Below, piece after piece: positions 61,929 through 64,000 of a DNA stretch of 64,000 bases. Source of the DNA: Candidatus Levyibacteriota bacterium (lineage in GTDB: Bacteria; Patescibacteriota; Microgenomatia; Levybacterales; UBA12049). The stretch spans positions 194,209 to 258,208 of the forward strand of contig JACOXT010000003.1 in assembly GCA_016182235.1 (NCBI GenBank). The letters run 5' to 3'. The position numbers and the translations under genes were made by a program. The first letter of the stretch is position 1. Every line of letters begins with the position of its first letter. A model generated the notes under the pieces. That model was not told the DNA's origin, did no database searches, and saw nothing but the letters and a program-made list of their open reading frames with translations.

Positions 61929-63214
61929 TTATAGTAGACAAAGCTTTAGAAAAATTGGAAAAAGAAAGTAACCCAATCAGGGTCGGGCTTGTGGGTGCTG
62001 GTTTTGCTGGCCGCGGATTTATGCTTCAAATGCTCGACTTTATAAAAGGAATGAGGCTAGTTGCGGTTTCAAATAGAACAAGGTCTGGCGCAGTCCTAGG
62101 TTTTAAGCAGGGAGGCTACACAAATTACAAAGATGTAAAAAGCTTAAAAGAACTTGAAGGCACTATAAAAATCGGAAAAACGGCGCTCACAAATAATCCA
62201 TTCCTACTTACCGATTCTAGGCAAATAGATGTTATTGTTGAAGCAACAGGGGAGGTAGAGTTTGGAGCTCAAGTGGTTTTGCGCGCAATTGAAAAGGGGA
62301 AACATACTGTTTTGATAAATGCGGAACTTGATTCAACTCTCGGACCTATTCTCAAAGTAAAAGCTGACAGGAAAAACGTTGTTTACACTCAAGCCGAAGG
62401 TGACCAGCCCGGAGCACTTATGAATTTATTCCGCCAGGTAAAGGGTTGGGGATTCAAGCCCGTTATGGTTGGCAATATTAAAAGTTTGATTGACGTAAGG
62501 CGAACCCCAAAAACCCAGGAAAGATGGGCAAATGAGCATTTTCAAAGACCTAAAATGGTTACTTCTTTTGCTGATGGAACAAAAATAGGAGCAGAAATGG
62601 CAACTATCGCAAACGCCACTGGATTTCCGGTAAGTAAACGTGGCATGGAGGGTCCGAAATGCGATAGGGTCGAAAACGCATACAAACTGTTTAATTTTAA
62701 AAAATTAACATTGACTGGTTTAACTGATTATGTTTTGGGAGCGGAGCCAAGTTTTGGAATTTTTGTTTTGGCAACCTGTGACCAGAAGATAAGAAGAAGA
62801 TATATTAAAATTTACAAAATGGGAAGTGGCCCTCTCTATACATTTTATACCCCATACCACCTAAGTCCACTTGAGGCGCCGATTAGCGTTGCTCGAGCCG
62901 CAATATTTAAAGACGCGGTGCTTGCGCCAATCGGCAAACCAATTTGTGACGTTGTAACGCTTGCAAAAAGAGATATCAGAAAAGGCGAGAAACTTGATGG
63001 GATTGGAGGCTTTTTAACTTACGGCGCGATAGATAACTACGATGTCTCACTTAAAGACAATCTGCTTCCGATTGGACTTTCAGAAGGATGCATAGTGAAA
63101 CAGGATATAAAAATAGATGCCGCAATTACATATGACATGGTAAAGCTTCCGAAAAAAAGAATATCCGACAAATTAAGAAAAGAACAAAACAAAATGTTTT
63201 TTGGAGGAAAATAA
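61925..63214 (+). CDS. NAD(P)-binding oxidoreductase with C-terminal SAF-like domain (COG4091-type)
   Basis: 'VGLVGAGFAGRGF' is the Rossmann motif, and 'AEGDQPG' is present. The C-terminal 'RDIRKGEKLDGIGG' is SAF-like. It overlaps both neighbours. Confidence 0.6.
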   Translation: MIIVDKALEKLEKESNPIRVGLVGAGFAGRGFMLQMLDFIKGMRLVAVSNRTRSGAVLGFKQGGYTNYKDVKSLKELEGTIKIGKTALTNNPFLLTDSRQIDVIVEATGEVEFGAQVVLRAIEKGKHTVLINAELDSTLGPILKVKADRKNVVYTQAEGDQPGALMNLFRQVKGWGFKPVMVGNIKSLIDVRRTPKTQERWANEHFQRPKMVTSFADGTKIGAEMATIANATGFPVSKRGMEGPKCDRVENAYKLFNFKKLTLTGLTDYVLGAEPSFGIFVLATCDQKIRRRYIKIYKMGSGPLYTFYTPYHLSPLEAPISVARAAIFKDAVLAPIGKPICDVVTLAKRDIRKGEKLDGIGGFLTYGAIDNYDVSLKDNLLPIGLSEGCIVKQDIKIDAAITYDMVKLPKKRISDKLRKEQNKMFFGGK

Positions 63215-63783
63215 TGAGTATTACTGTATTACGAAAATTTATAGGACAGAAATTATTCGGAAATGATGTTATCGAAACCATTGCTTTGATGAAGCCATTC
63301 CTTAAAAAGAAATATAAAATTCTTGATTTGGGGGCCGGTACTTGTCAATTTACAAAATTACTTAGAGAAGAAGGCTATAATATTGAGCCGGTAGATGTTA
63401 AAGATTACAATTATTATCCTGAGATAAAAGTTCGTGTTTATGACGGAAAACATTTGCCTTTTAAAGATAATGAATTTGACGTATGTATTTTAAGAGCTGT
63501 ATTGCATCACACGCCGAACCCTAATGCTGTTCTTGAAGAAGCGGAAAGAGTTTCAAGAAGACTAATTATTTTCGAAAACGTAATCACTAATCCCTTTCAA
63601 AAATATTACACCTTTTTTGTAGATTCTGTTATGAACAAAGAGCTTATTGCACCTCATACCAACAAAACAGATAAGGAGTGGAAATTGCTCTTCAAGCATT
63701 TAAAACTTTCTCTGGTCGAAACTATACGAAAAACCGACTGGCTATTCATGCAGGATCGGATCTATTTTTTACAAAAAATATGA
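63214..63783 (+). CDS. class I SAM-dependent methyltransferase
   Basis: 'ILDLGAGTCQFTKLL' is motif I, and 'DVCILRAVLHH' is present. Confidence 0.75.
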   Translation: MSITVLRKFIGQKLFGNDVIETIALMKPFLKKKYKILDLGAGTCQFTKLLREEGYNIEPVDVKDYNYYPEIKVRVYDGKHLPFKDNEFDVCILRAVLHHTPNPNAVLEEAERVSRRLIIFENVITNPFQKYYTFFVDSVMNKELIAPHTNKTDKEWKLLFKHLKLSLVETIRKTDWLFMQDRIYFLQKI

Positions 63784-64000
63784 AAAAAAAACTTTCCCTT
63801 ACGGTTGGAATTACTACGTGTTATGGCGATAAATCAATTCTTGAGACCGTAGAATCAATTCGAGCCTCAAAAGGAGTGGATGAATTCCCCTTTATTATCA
63901 TAGCTGATCGTGTGCCAATCAATGAGGAGATAAAAAAAAGTTTGAGAAAATACAATGTGCGTTTGGTGGAGAATAAGAAAGAGTCCGGCCAAGTAGAGAA
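63780..64000 (+). CDS. glycosyltransferase family 2-like protein (5' partial, runs off window)
   Basis: The ATG at 63780 overlaps the previous stop. 'LTVGITTCYGDKSILETVESIRAS' looks like a GT2 N-terminus. The gene is truncated by the window edge. Confidence 0.45.
   Translation, partial: MKKKLSLTVGITTCYGDKSILETVESIRASKGVDEFPFIIIADRVPINEEIKKSLRKYNVRLVENKKESGQVE

Noticed and set aside
1-64000. Search for CRISPR arrays, rRNA genes, transposases, integrases, prophage structural genes and long inverted repeats.
   Set aside because: I found none by reading the ORF translations and the intergenic regions. By-eye scanning cannot exclude short or degenerate elements inside coding regions.

Overview
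This is an AT-rich, very gene-dense bacterial chromosome segment. I can support about 70 protein genes, one tRNA (Pro-GGG), an RNase P RNA, one T-box leader and a few promoters and terminators. I found no rRNA, CRISPR array, transposase or integrase. The standard genetic code is implied, because RF2 is present and TGA, TAA and TAG all close well-conserved genes. The gene content includes VanW, a lamin-tail-domain surface protein, DUF192, archaeal-type CoA enzymes, a compact enolase, giant fused glycosyltransferases and many 1-11 nt gene overlaps. That is what I would expect from a small-genome Patescibacteria/CPR (Microgenomates-like) organism, but this is inference only. All functional calls rest on motifs I recognise in the supplied translations, with no database search, and start codons are approximate. 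Layout: (1) 0.2-3.5 kb holds a small defence islet next to tRNA-Pro. It contains a beta-class SPPY DNA methyltransferase, an overlapping restriction-endonuclease candidate, two tandem divergent paralogs that each carry an Rx4H (HEPN-like) motif, and a small ORF. (2) 3.5-8.9 kb holds a four-helix-bundle (23S-IVS/Avd family) gene flanked by short repeats, then recA, an alpha/beta-hydrolase-like gene, recX, rny, hup and rnpB. (3) 8.9-19.3 kb holds a UvrD-type helicase fused to a Cas4/AddB-like Fe-S nuclease, rmuC, tsaD and envelope genes. (4) 19.3-21.3 kb holds a canonical T-box antiterminator/terminator leader in front of a GNAT plus M20 deacylase pair. (5) 21.4-29.4 kb holds a fused archaeal-type PPAT and DUF359 dephospho-CoA kinase, greA, kbl-tdh, lysS, rdgB and serS. 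(6) 29.4-32.3 kb holds secA, preceded by a 10-codon polybasic micro-ORF, alternative hairpins and a strong terminator only 19 nt before the secA ATG. (7) 33-39 kb holds a GT39-like gene and a ppsA, 2-hydroxyacid dehydrogenase and compact enolase operon. (8) 40-47 kb holds base-excision-repair genes, an AbiE-like toxin pair, uppP, prfB without the frameshift, and a frameshifted PNPOx-like gene. (9) 48-52 kb holds ftsE, ftsX, a coiled-coil M23 peptidase whose catalytic domain looks circularly permuted, and an LTD protein. (10) 52.5-64 kb is a glycan locus. It is led by a roughly 1570-aa single polypeptide fusing GT2, a processive GT2 (QxxRW), a Wzx-like flippase and GT4. That is followed by a disrupted rfbF and a set of branched (C-methyl) nucleotide-sugar tailoring genes. 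The best candidates for something undescribed are the tandem Rx4H pair beside the R-M system, the four-module glycan mega-enzyme, the secA leader and the T-box in front of non-synthetase cargo.
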